Source: a virus. Taken from it: a stretch of 64,000 nucleotides of DNA. Below are positions 1 to 8,294 of this stretch, piece after piece. The stretch lies in IMG/VR virus record IMGVR_UViG_3300036770_003984, positions 1 to 64,000 of that record; one strand, written 5' to 3'. The notes under the pieces were generated by a model. That model saw only the letters and a list, made by a program, of their open reading frames with translations, was not told the DNA's origin and made no database searches. Numbering within the stretch: position 1 is the stretch's first letter; each line of letters begins with the position of its first letter. A program made the position numbers and the translations under genes.

Positions 1-1746
1 TATCTCTTCAAAATTTTCAATAGTATAAAATATTTTACCATTGATATAAATTTTTAATCTACCCAATCTATTTTTACCATCAATTAACCATTTTTCATTT
101 AAGTTAATTAATTCAACTTGTAATGCCGATTCTCCTCTTGTATATGGTGGTTTTATTAAAGAAACAGTATTGTTTGTCAAACTTTCCAAATATAGTTTTT
201 TGGTAATGTCACCCAAACCACCCTTCCAAAATAAATCACATTCGTCAAAATAATTATACCTTTCCCAAACTACATTAACTTGAAACCAATGTTCTTCATC
301 TAACCATGCTGGATTAATTTTTTCACAATCTGGATAAATTGGTGGTGTACATATATCAGTTATCGTATAACCTGTCTCATATGTTAAACCAGTTGTACAA
401 GTACCACTAACTTCACATCCTCCAGTAAATCTTAAAAATCTAATACCAATACTTGGATTTTTTGGGTCACCACATAGTTTAAAACCTAAAGCATTACTCA
501 TTGTATCCAATAATGGATTCTTTTCACAAGTATCTTCTATTGACGTAAATCCTGAAGTACAATCATTACAATCCGTACAATTATCACAATTTGTACAAGT
601 TGGTGTACAAGTTGTCTGAGGTGGAAATGGATTACAATATGGTGTTGGTGATGGAGTAGGGGTTGGTGTTGGTGTAGCTTGAATTATTGTACCACAAGTA
701 TGTGTTTGACATTCCCATCCACAACTTTGACAAGGTAAATCATTGCAACCACAACCACAAGATATTTGTGTTTCTTTATTTCCACCACATTTATCACAAC
801 CATAATTTACATGAGGGTCGTGAATATTATTAACTGAACGTGGAGGATAAACATAAATACATCTACTATTTGTAACATTATAATTACAACAAGCACAAGT
901 TGATAATGTGGTTAAACCTGACGTAACTCTAGTATAACCACTTGTACAAATTGGACTTCCATCTGCGTGATGATAAAATTTATTTTCAGCCCTAGTCCCA
1001 ATATAAAAGAAAAAGTTTTTATTATTGGGGTAAATTTCATTAAGTGTTGTTTCGCCAGTTGTACCTGAATATTCATTAACTAATCTAGGTTTTAATATCA
1101 TTTCAACACCCCAACCTTTATTCATCCTTTGAGGAAATATGTCATAATCATATGAGAATAACTTATAAAACCCTTGATAAAACCCACCATATAATTCGTG
1201 ATATTTTCCAATAAATGGACTTTCTTTACTTACAACCTCATACAAAATTGTTTTATTAAAACCTGAAAATTTTATATTAGATGATGTAAATCCAGTTACT
1301 TGATGTAATTTCAATCTTCTATCAAAATATAATCTATTAAATTTTAAATTATTTGGTAATAAACCATTAGTAAAAACAATTGTTTGTCCTGTCATCCCAG
1401 TTACTAAACCATTATCAATTCCAACTAATCCAATATCACAAGAACTACCAGATAATTCACAACTTAATATTTCGTTTTTTGGGTTGTAATAATTTTCAGA
1501 TACAAATATATTATTGAAATTATAGTTTTTATAAGTAAGAGTTATATTTTGTGTTGACGCTGTACTATTGATATCAAAATAAATCGGCAACTTATTCCCA
1601 TATGTTTGAGCAATTAAATATGGGGAAAACACAACTTCTTGATTAAAGTCTTGTTCATCGGAAGTTAATGATATGTCATAAGTTTCCAATGAAAGATGAA
1701 GTAAATTATTTATTGATGTAAATTGTCTTATATTTTGATTTGACAT
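1..1746 (-). CDS. Large Cys-rich putative virion structural protein, 3' end outside the window (at least 582 aa)
   Basis: Missing from the ORF track because it has no stop in the window. ATG at 1746 (MSNQNIRQFTSINNLLHLSLETYDISL...) in an A-rich start context with TATTTAT upstream. Every stretch I translated is open, and the frame matches at position 1 (...RLKIYINGKIFYTIENFEEI). Contains a Cys-rich block and a TPTPTPTPSPTP linker; the LKIYING motif is LamG/ConA-like. Confidence 0.85.
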   Translation of the reverse strand, partial: MSNQNIRQFTSINNLLHLSLETYDISLTSDEQDFNQEVVFSPYLIAQTYGNKLPIYFDINSTASTQNITLTYKNYNFNNIFVSENYYNPKNEILSCELSGSSCDIGLVGIDNGLVTGMTGQTIVFTNGLLPNNLKFNRLYFDRRLKLHQVTGFTSSNIKFSGFNKTILYEVVSKESPFIGKYHELYGGFYQGFYKLFSYDYDIFPQRMNKGWGVEMILKPRLVNEYSGTTGETTLNEIYPNNKNFFFYIGTRAENKFYHHADGSPICTSGYTRVTSGLTTLSTCACCNYNVTNSRCIYVYPPRSVNNIHDPHVNYGCDKCGGNKETQISCGCGCNDLPCQSCGWECQTHTCGTIIQATPTPTPTPSPTPYCNPFPPQTTCTPTCTNCDNCTDCNDCTSGFTSIEDTCEKNPLLDTMSNALGFKLCGDPKNPSIGIRFLRFTGGCEVSGTCTTGLTYETGYTITDICTPPIYPDCEKINPAWLDEEHWFQVNVVWERYNYFDECDLFWKGGLGDITKKLYLESLTNNTVSLIKPPYTRGESALQVELINLNEKWLIDGKNRLGRLKIYINGKIFYTIENFEEI

Positions 1747-1797
1747 TACTTTTTTTAGATAAATACTCTGAAACGAAGTATTTATTAATAAAATTTA

Positions 1798-2628
1798 ATG
1801 ATGAACAATTTAAAAAAAGAATACTTTAATGATTATTGTTACTTTCTAATTGAGGGTGATGATAATGATTTTACATTAAGTTATTCTGTTTATAGTATAA
1901 TATCCGAGTCTGATTCAAATAAAACAAAAAAAAGATTTAACAAAAAAGATTTACCAAAAATTGAAGATAAAATTAAAAAAATAGTTAAATCAAACAAAAA
2001 AGTTTCAAAGAAAGAATTGGATGAATTGGTTGATTCAGATGGTACTATGTTATCATCTAGAATACCTATTTTGAATAAATGGTTAACACCAAAGAAAACA
2101 ATGGATCAGACTATTAAAGCAACAAGAACTCCAGGACTTACATTTATATATGGTGGTGGACGTAGACTTTATGGTGAAAATGAAGATGAACAAGATGAGT
2201 TTATTTATGAAATTGAATTAGATGACGCTTTTGGATATAAAGAAACTAAATTTAAAGATTTCAAAGGAACTATGCAAACCTTGAAAAAAATGGGTATTGA
2301 TGACCCAGAAGAGAGAGTTAAAAGAACTAAGCAATTTGGAAAATTAAGAGGTCAAAAAGTACGTAAAACTAAAGATGGTAAGAAAGTTCTTAAACAAAGA
2401 TTGGTTGAAAAAGAAAAATTGGATGAAATCAAAAAAGAACGAATGATTAAAATGGTTGAGGATATCTTAACTAAAAAAGGTGAAGATAAAGAATTTCTTA
2501 CTAAAGAAAAATCAGAAAATGGATTAAATAAAATATTAACAAAGAATTTAGAAAATATTAAAAAAATAGCAAAAAAAGAAGGTATTAATATAAATAAATT
2601 AATAAACATTCTAAAACAAGGTGAATAA
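1798..2628 (+). CDS. hypothetical protein
   Basis: 276-aa ORF, TATTTAT motif at 1779-1785, overlaps the next gene. Confidence 0.8.
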   Translation: MMNNLKKEYFNDYCYFLIEGDDNDFTLSYSVYSIISESDSNKTKKRFNKKDLPKIEDKIKKIVKSNKKVSKKELDELVDSDGTMLSSRIPILNKWLTPKKTMDQTIKATRTPGLTFIYGGGRRLYGENEDEQDEFIYEIELDDAFGYKETKFKDFKGTMQTLKKMGIDDPEERVKRTKQFGKLRGQKVRKTKDGKKVLKQRLVEKEKLDEIKKERMIKMVEDILTKKGEDKEFLTKEKSENGLNKILTKNLENIKKIAKKEGININKLINILKQGE

Positions 2629-3091
2629 AAATTTATACAATAAAAGGATTGAATTACCTGAAGATGTTGTTGGTTATCTTAAACAATGTTATGATTCTGT
2701 ACCCAATGTTGATGATAGTACTGATGGTTATAGAAGAAACAAAGAATTAAGAAATTCAGGATATGCGACATATCAACAACTCAAAAGGATGAAAAACTTT
2801 TTTGATAATTTTAATGGTAAACAAGATGAACCATCATTCATTTTAAATGGTGCTGACTATGTTAAAGGATGGGTTAATAATACATTAGGTGCTTGGAGAG
2901 ACAATGATGAAAGAAGTAAAGAAATAAAATCAGTAGTACAACAAAATCAATATATTAAACCACATACAAAAGATAACATTAATAATTTAAATAGACCAAG
3001 TAAAAGTCATAATACCGCTTTAGGTTTTTTTGATTTAGAAGTTACTGAAAGTCTTAAAAGAATAAACGAATTAATTAAAAAAATAATTTAA
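2621..3091 (+). CDS. hypothetical protein with C-terminal EVTESLKRINELIKKII helix
   Basis: ORF track; tightly packed with its neighbours. Confidence 0.8.
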   Translation: MNKNLYNKRIELPEDVVGYLKQCYDSVPNVDDSTDGYRRNKELRNSGYATYQQLKRMKNFFDNFNGKQDEPSFILNGADYVKGWVNNTLGAWRDNDERSKEIKSVVQQNQYIKPHTKDNINNLNRPSKSHNTALGFFDLEVTESLKRINELIKKII

Positions 3092-3092
3092 T

Positions 3093-3386
3093 ATGCCACT
3101 AGAACCAATCAATTTATCACAACCTGACAATGATTTGTCAAAGATAGCAGAAAGAGAAAGAAATAAATTATTACCAAAAAATGATTACAAAAAAACTGCA
3201 TTTGAGTATTCAGCAACTAATCCTGATGCTTTAGCTAATGGTGATAATTTAGGGAGGGGAACTGGTAATTTTTTAGATAGGTATAACGATGCAATTGGTA
3301 CTACTACTGATATCAAAGAAAGAAGGAATCAAATTGTTATTAATGAATATAAAGTCAATAACCCATACACAACACCACCTGCGTAA
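3093..3386 (+). CDS. hypothetical protein
   Basis: ORF track; TAATG stop/start coupling with the next gene. Confidence 0.8.
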   Translation: MPLEPINLSQPDNDLSKIAERERNKLLPKNDYKKTAFEYSATNPDALANGDNLGRGTGNFLDRYNDAIGTTTDIKERRNQIVINEYKVNNPYTTPPA

Positions 3387-3775
3387 TGAAACTTTACAAT
3401 GTAGTTAAATCTCTTATATTAGAAACAGCCTCTGTTGACTCAATTATTGATGCAATTAAAAACAGAAGGAAGGTTGTTATTTATTATGATGGTGATGAAC
3501 CAGGAGGTAGAGGTCTTAGAGATATTGAACCAGTTTGTTTAGGTGTAAGTAAAAAAGGAAATTATGTTTTACGCGCTTGGGATAATGAAGGTGCGTCACA
3601 TAGAGGATTTTTAGGAAAAAAACCTTTACCAAGTTGGCGATTATTTAGGGTTGATAGAATAAGTTCATTTAATCCAACTAATGATTTTTTTAGCACTCCA
3701 AGACCTAATTACAACCCAAATGGTGATAGAAGTATGACAAAGGTTTTAATAAACGTAAAATTTGATGAAATTTAA
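3386..3775 (+). CDS. stand-alone WYL-domain protein
   Basis: WYL pattern: VVIYYDG...LRDIEPVCLG...GNYVLRAWD...WRLFRVDRISSF. Confidence 0.8.
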   Translation: MKLYNVVKSLILETASVDSIIDAIKNRRKVVIYYDGDEPGGRGLRDIEPVCLGVSKKGNYVLRAWDNEGASHRGFLGKKPLPSWRLFRVDRISSFNPTNDFFSTPRPNYNPNGDRSMTKVLINVKFDEI

Positions 3776-3787
3776 AAACTATTTAGT

Positions 3788-4396
3788 ATGCCAACAGAAA
3801 ATGATTTAATGCAAAAGTTAATGATATCCAAAAAAATAATGGATAAACATAATACAACACCAAGGAATCCAAACCCTCAAACATACAACTATAATACATC
3901 AGTTCAAGAATTTGATGTACCTCAAGCCAAATTTAATATTCCTCAAGAATATATGATGGAATCACAAACACCAATTAGACAAACTAATGAAGTTCCTACT
4001 AAAGATAGAATAATGTCATCAAAATTACCTGATGAAATTAAACGTCTAATGATTGAGCACCCAATTGCTCAACCAACAAGTATGGGAGGGTCTTCTGTAC
4101 TAAGTAATGATTTAATTGAAAAAGCGTCAAGATTAATGAAAAATGATGTTGCGAATAATGTTGACCCATTTAAAAAACAAAAACAACCAACTCAAGAATA
4201 TACTACACCTCAAAATATTGGTTTAAATGTTGATAAAAATACATTGAAAGATATGATTAGAGAAACTATTGAAGAAGTGTTAGGTGAAAATGGATTATTA
4301 GTTGAAAGCACAAGTAAATCAAATGATTTATTCCAATTTAGAGTTGGAAGTCATATCTTTGAAGGTAAAGTAACTCGTATCAAAAAAGTTAAATAG
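3788..4396 (+). CDS. hypothetical protein
   Basis: ORF track; followed by a terminator. Confidence 0.8.
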   Translation: MPTENDLMQKLMISKKIMDKHNTTPRNPNPQTYNYNTSVQEFDVPQAKFNIPQEYMMESQTPIRQTNEVPTKDRIMSSKLPDEIKRLMIEHPIAQPTSMGGSSVLSNDLIEKASRLMKNDVANNVDPFKKQKQPTQEYTTPQNIGLNVDKNTLKDMIRETIEEVLGENGLLVESTSKSNDLFQFRVGSHIFEGKVTRIKKVK

Positions 4397-4419
4397 AGTT
4401 TTTATTTTTAATTCTTATT

Positions 4420-4462
4420 CCCCACATTCCCTGAAGAAATTCAAAGTGTGGGGTTTCGTTTT
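4420..4462 (+). terminator. intrinsic terminator
   Basis: ccccacatt...agtgtgggg stem followed by tttcgttttt. Confidence 0.55.
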
Positions 4463-4627
4463 TATAGAAGAAAGTTTTTTGTTTTGACTCAAGTCATATT
4501 TTTTTTGGGTTAAGGTCATCTCCAAAATTGATTTTCATCATCGGAAACCGAAGTGTTATAAACTATATATTGTGGTATGAAAAATAATCAAACACAAAAT
4601 ATTTTAAAATTTAAAAAACACTTTATT

Positions 4628-6028
4628 ATGAAAACTTCAATCTTAGTTCAAATCATTTTCTTCTTGTCTTTACAGTTCTCTGTATTTGCACAAATTACTT
4701 CACAATCACTAAACATTAACCCTACTAGAAATTGTCCAACACAAATCGATGGTGACATTATGGGTCAATCACAATTATGTGAGCTTAGTGAATCAACTCC
4801 TATCAAATATGAAGTAAACCCATCTAATAACATAGTTTCATATGTTTGGACAGTACCTCAAGGTATGGCAATATTCAGAGGACAGAATACTAACCAAATT
4901 TTTGTTGATACAGATTACTCATTTATAAATGGTTATGTTACAGTAAAAGGTATCAACACTTGTGGACAATATACTCAAACAGATTCATTCTATGTAGATT
5001 TGTTACCATCAACACCCATATTTCAAACATCTACTGATATGGTTAGAGCTGACCAAATTTACACATATTCTGTAAACCAATTGAATGGAGTTACTTATAC
5101 TTGGACAGCACCTTATGGTTCAGTAATTATGAGTGGTCAAGGTACTGAAACTGTATCAGTTAAGTTTAGCCAAAGTTTCAATGGTGGATTTGTGGAAGTA
5201 TATGGTGAAAATGGTTGTGGTGTTAGTCAACTCAATCAAATTAATGTAACACTTGACAATGGTTCAAACACACAAAGAATTTTATCTCAAACAGATAGAA
5301 ACTACAATAACTCTAAAACTACTTTGGCTGGTGATATTGCATTCCATTCAAACCTAACAAACGCACAATTTAGTGATACTATTAAAAATGGTGATGTTTA
5401 TTACTTTGAAGTTGTTCTTCAAAACTATTCTCAAAACCCAATGGATAGTGTTTATCTAAAATATTTCCTTAGCTCTGACCCAAACAACTATCAATTAGTT
5501 AGAATCAAACGTCTTGAAGCTGGTGAAGAATATACACTACCTGTATTAACAATCCCAACTGATGGATTAAATGGTGACGAAGAATTATCTTTGGAATTAA
5601 ATCCTGACCAAGAAAAACCTGAAACAGATTATACAAATAACTTTTTGAAAGTTCCGTTCTATGTTCAACTTACAACAACAATGGTAACTAAATTTATAAC
5701 AGATAATAGTGTTAATACTTATAATTACCCAAATCCAGTTGTTGACCATACTCAATTCTATGTTAAACTAGGTTCAAACTTTAGCAAAACTGAAAGTGTA
5801 TTAATTAACATCTTTGATTTGAGTGGACAATTTGTTAAAAGAATTACAATTAACAATTCAAATGACCAAGGTGAATTTATCTCTGAAGTTTGGAATGGTG
5901 AAAATGAAAATGGTAATACTTTAGAAAGTGGTGTTTATTTCTACACAATTAACGCAGTTAACAATCAAGGAAATCTTAAAACGTTTGCATCAAATAAACA
6001 CATTAAAATTGTAAAATTGAAGTCTTAA
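4628..6028 (+). CDS. secreted protein with PKD-like/Ig domains and T9SS type A C-terminal sorting domain
   Basis: Likely start is MKTSILVQIIFFLSLQFSVFA|Q (signal peptide plus Gln) rather than 4577. Has PKD-like repeats (TYTWTAPYG...SGQGT...ENGCG), a CARDB-like LELNPDQEKPETDYTNN segment, and a CTD (NYPNPVVD...IFDLSGQFVK...LESGVYFYTI...KIVKLK). Confidence 0.85.
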   Translation: MKTSILVQIIFFLSLQFSVFAQITSQSLNINPTRNCPTQIDGDIMGQSQLCELSESTPIKYEVNPSNNIVSYVWTVPQGMAIFRGQNTNQIFVDTDYSFINGYVTVKGINTCGQYTQTDSFYVDLLPSTPIFQTSTDMVRADQIYTYSVNQLNGVTYTWTAPYGSVIMSGQGTETVSVKFSQSFNGGFVEVYGENGCGVSQLNQINVTLDNGSNTQRILSQTDRNYNNSKTTLAGDIAFHSNLTNAQFSDTIKNGDVYYFEVVLQNYSQNPMDSVYLKYFLSSDPNNYQLVRIKRLEAGEEYTLPVLTIPTDGLNGDEELSLELNPDQEKPETDYTNNFLKVPFYVQLTTTMVTKFITDNSVNTYNYPNPVVDHTQFYVKLGSNFSKTESVLINIFDLSGQFVKRITINNSNDQGEFISEVWNGENENGNTLESGVYFYTINAVNNQGNLKTFASNKHIKIVKLKS

Positions 6029-6048
6029 TAAAAGTTTATTATCAAATT

Positions 6049-6078
6049 AAAATCCTCACATTATTGTGGGGATTTTTT
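6049..6078 (+). terminator. intrinsic terminator
   Basis: aaaatcctcaca-ttat-tgtggggatttt followed by a T-run. Confidence 0.8.
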
Positions 6079-6141
6079 TATTAAAATATATTTCCTTTTG
6101 ATAAAACTGATGTTGGGTATATTTATTATAAAAAGAATAAT

Positions 6142-7047
6142 ATGAACGAACAACTAATAAAAAAAATAATTGCAGAATATAAAAATGGGGTAGGTTCTAC
6201 TACCATTTCTAAAAAACTACGAGTACCTAAAGAAAAAGTTTTAAAAATATTAAAAGAACAAAATCTTACAAGAAAAAGAGATAGATGTTCAAAACTATCT
6301 ATCATACAAGAAAATGAAACTTTTAAAATAGAAAAAAAATGTCCGATGTGTGGTAATATTAGTTTCATCACAACTAAAAATAAAACTACAGCATGTAGAA
6401 ATTATTACAATACTATAAATAAAAAATCAAATTGCAAAAAATGTAGTTTAATTTTACAACAAGGAGAAGGTAATCCTTTCTTTGGGAAAAAACATACAGA
6501 ACAAACAAAAAGTAATATTTCACAAAGTAGAAAAGGAAAGGGTATAGGTTTAGATAACTCTATGTCTAAAATTGAACACAGAAAAAAACTTTCGGAGTCA
6601 TTAAAGAAAAGTTGGAAAAGTGGTAAACTTGAAGAAACAAGAAAAAAAATGTCTGAGGTATTAAAAAAGACGAGAAGACAAGGTAAAATAAAATCAGTTA
6701 TTAAGTCAAAAAAAGAAAATGAGATTTGTAATATAATTAAAAAATTGGGATATGTTGTTATCTCCTCGTTGAGAGTTGATACTAAAATCTGTGATATCTA
6801 TATTCCAAAACTTAATTTAATTATTGAATACTTTGGTGATTATTGGCATTGTAACCCAATTAAATATGATACCGATTATGTTAATGTTAAAAAAAATCTA
6901 ACAGCTAAAGAAATTTGGAAATATGATGAATCCAAACTTGAATTAATAAAAAGTTATGGTTATAATTTAGAGGTAATTTGGGAAAGTGAACTCAAATTAA
7001 ATAACGATAAATTATTAACTATAATTAAAAAATATGATTCAAAATGA
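6142..7047 (+). CDS. free-standing homing endonuclease (HTH, Zn finger, NUMOD3, Vsr/EDxHD-like nuclease)
   Basis: CPMCG and CKKC Cys pairs; NUMOD3 GNPFFGKKHTEQTKSNISQSRKGK; C-terminal CDIYIPKLNLIIEYFGDYWHC nuclease motif. Confidence 0.8.
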   Translation: MNEQLIKKIIAEYKNGVGSTTISKKLRVPKEKVLKILKEQNLTRKRDRCSKLSIIQENETFKIEKKCPMCGNISFITTKNKTTACRNYYNTINKKSNCKKCSLILQQGEGNPFFGKKHTEQTKSNISQSRKGKGIGLDNSMSKIEHRKKLSESLKKSWKSGKLEETRKKMSEVLKKTRRQGKIKSVIKSKKENEICNIIKKLGYVVISSLRVDTKICDIYIPKLNLIIEYFGDYWHCNPIKYDTDYVNVKKNLTAKEIWKYDESKLELIKSYGYNLEVIWESELKLNNDKLLTIIKKYDSK

Positions 7048-8290
7048 TAATCAACCCCGGTTGGATCACAGAGAAAGAATAAGAGTACTTGTTCTGCCCT
7101 CGGATACGACTGGGGTTGGCTGAGGTAAATTCCGAAGTGTAGACCCCCATGTAATGTTACAGAATATGTACCCAACTGATTTTCATGTGGATATAAATTA
7201 TAACCCACCAATGGATGATATTAATTTTTGGAAACAATATCAGATAGTACACGCTCATAGAAGTATTGGTCAAAATTATAATGTTGTGCCTGATTTTATT
7301 AAAAAATTAAAATCGGAAGGAATTGTAGTAATTGTTGATTTGGATGATTATTGGTTGCCTGGTATTGAACACCCAATACACTCATTGATTGTTCAAGACA
7401 AGATACATGAGAAGATTATGGCTAACTTAAAAGTGGCTAGTTACGTTACTACAACAACAAGTATCTTTGCGGATGAGATAAGAAAATTAAATAGAAATGT
7501 TGTTATTTTCCCAAATGCTATAAATCCAGATGAACCACAATTTAAAGAACCAAACGAAAGTTCTGATAGAATCCGTATTGGTTGGTTAGGTGGGTCTTCA
7601 CATCTTCACGATTTAAAATTACTACAAGGATTTGTTCAAAAAAATATAAATCTTAAAGATAAAGTTCAATATGTTCTATGTGGATTTGATACAAGAGGTT
7701 CGGTAACTGAAATCAACCAAACGACTGGAGAAAGAAAACAAAGACCAATTAGACCAAAGGAAACTGTTTGGGCTCGTTATGAGGAAATATTTACATCAAA
7801 CTACCAAATTGTTGACCCAACTTATAAAAACTTTTTAATGGAGTTTAAAGAAGGTGAATATGAAAATATATCATCACAATCATATAGACGTGTTTGGACA
7901 AAACATATTAATACTTATGCCACAAATTATTCCAAGTTTGACATTTCAATGGCACCAATTAAAAACCATATTTTTAATAGGGTTAAATCACAATTGAAAG
8001 TCATTGAGGCAGGATTTTATAAAAAAGCTTTAATTGCTTCTGAAGTAGGTCCTTATACTATTGACTTGAAACATTCGTTAGAATTTGGTAAATTTGTTGA
8101 TGGTAATGCTTTGTTGGTTAAAGAAGAAAGAAATCATAGTGATTGGGCAAAATATATTAAGACTTTAGTTCATAATCCCAATTTAATTACCGACCTTGGG
8201 GAAAGATTGTATGAGAGTGTTAAAGACAAGTATGATTTAAGAAACGTAACCAAGACTAGAGCTGAATGGTACAAAACATTAATAAAATAA
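7034..8290 (+). CDS. GT-B glycosyltransferase interrupted by an in-frame TGA at 7121-7123 (probable recoding site)
   Basis: The frame of ORF 7154-8290 continues upstream to ATG 7034: MIQNDNQPRLDHRERIRVLVLPSDTTGVG*GKFRSVDPHVMLQNM. The downstream part has GT motifs (VDLDDYW, IGWLGGSSH, FNRVKSQLKVIEAG). Confidence 0.7.
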
Positions 8291-8294
8291 AATT

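Noticed and set aside
4470-4575. Similar motifs upstream of both T9SS cargo genes (tgactcaagtca / tgaccccaatca; aggtca; aaaccga), a possible shared ECF promoter
   Set aside because: The matches are short and inconsistently spaced, so they cannot be separated from chance by eye.
7121-7123. Genome-wide TGA (or TAG) reassignment as in some megaphages
   Set aside because: TGA ends many genes in ATGA overlaps (9005, 14327, 18475) and TAG ends the capsid and clpC genes; the long ORFs are intact in the standard code.
6080-7154. Group I intron containing the endonuclease
   Set aside because: No upstream GT exon or P7-type core was found; the whole GT N-terminus lies downstream of the endonuclease.
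7121-7160. Selenocysteine/SECIS interpretation
   Set aside because: No clear bacterial SECIS hairpin follows the UGA, and a Sec in a GT loop has no precedent I know of; kept only as a minor alternative.
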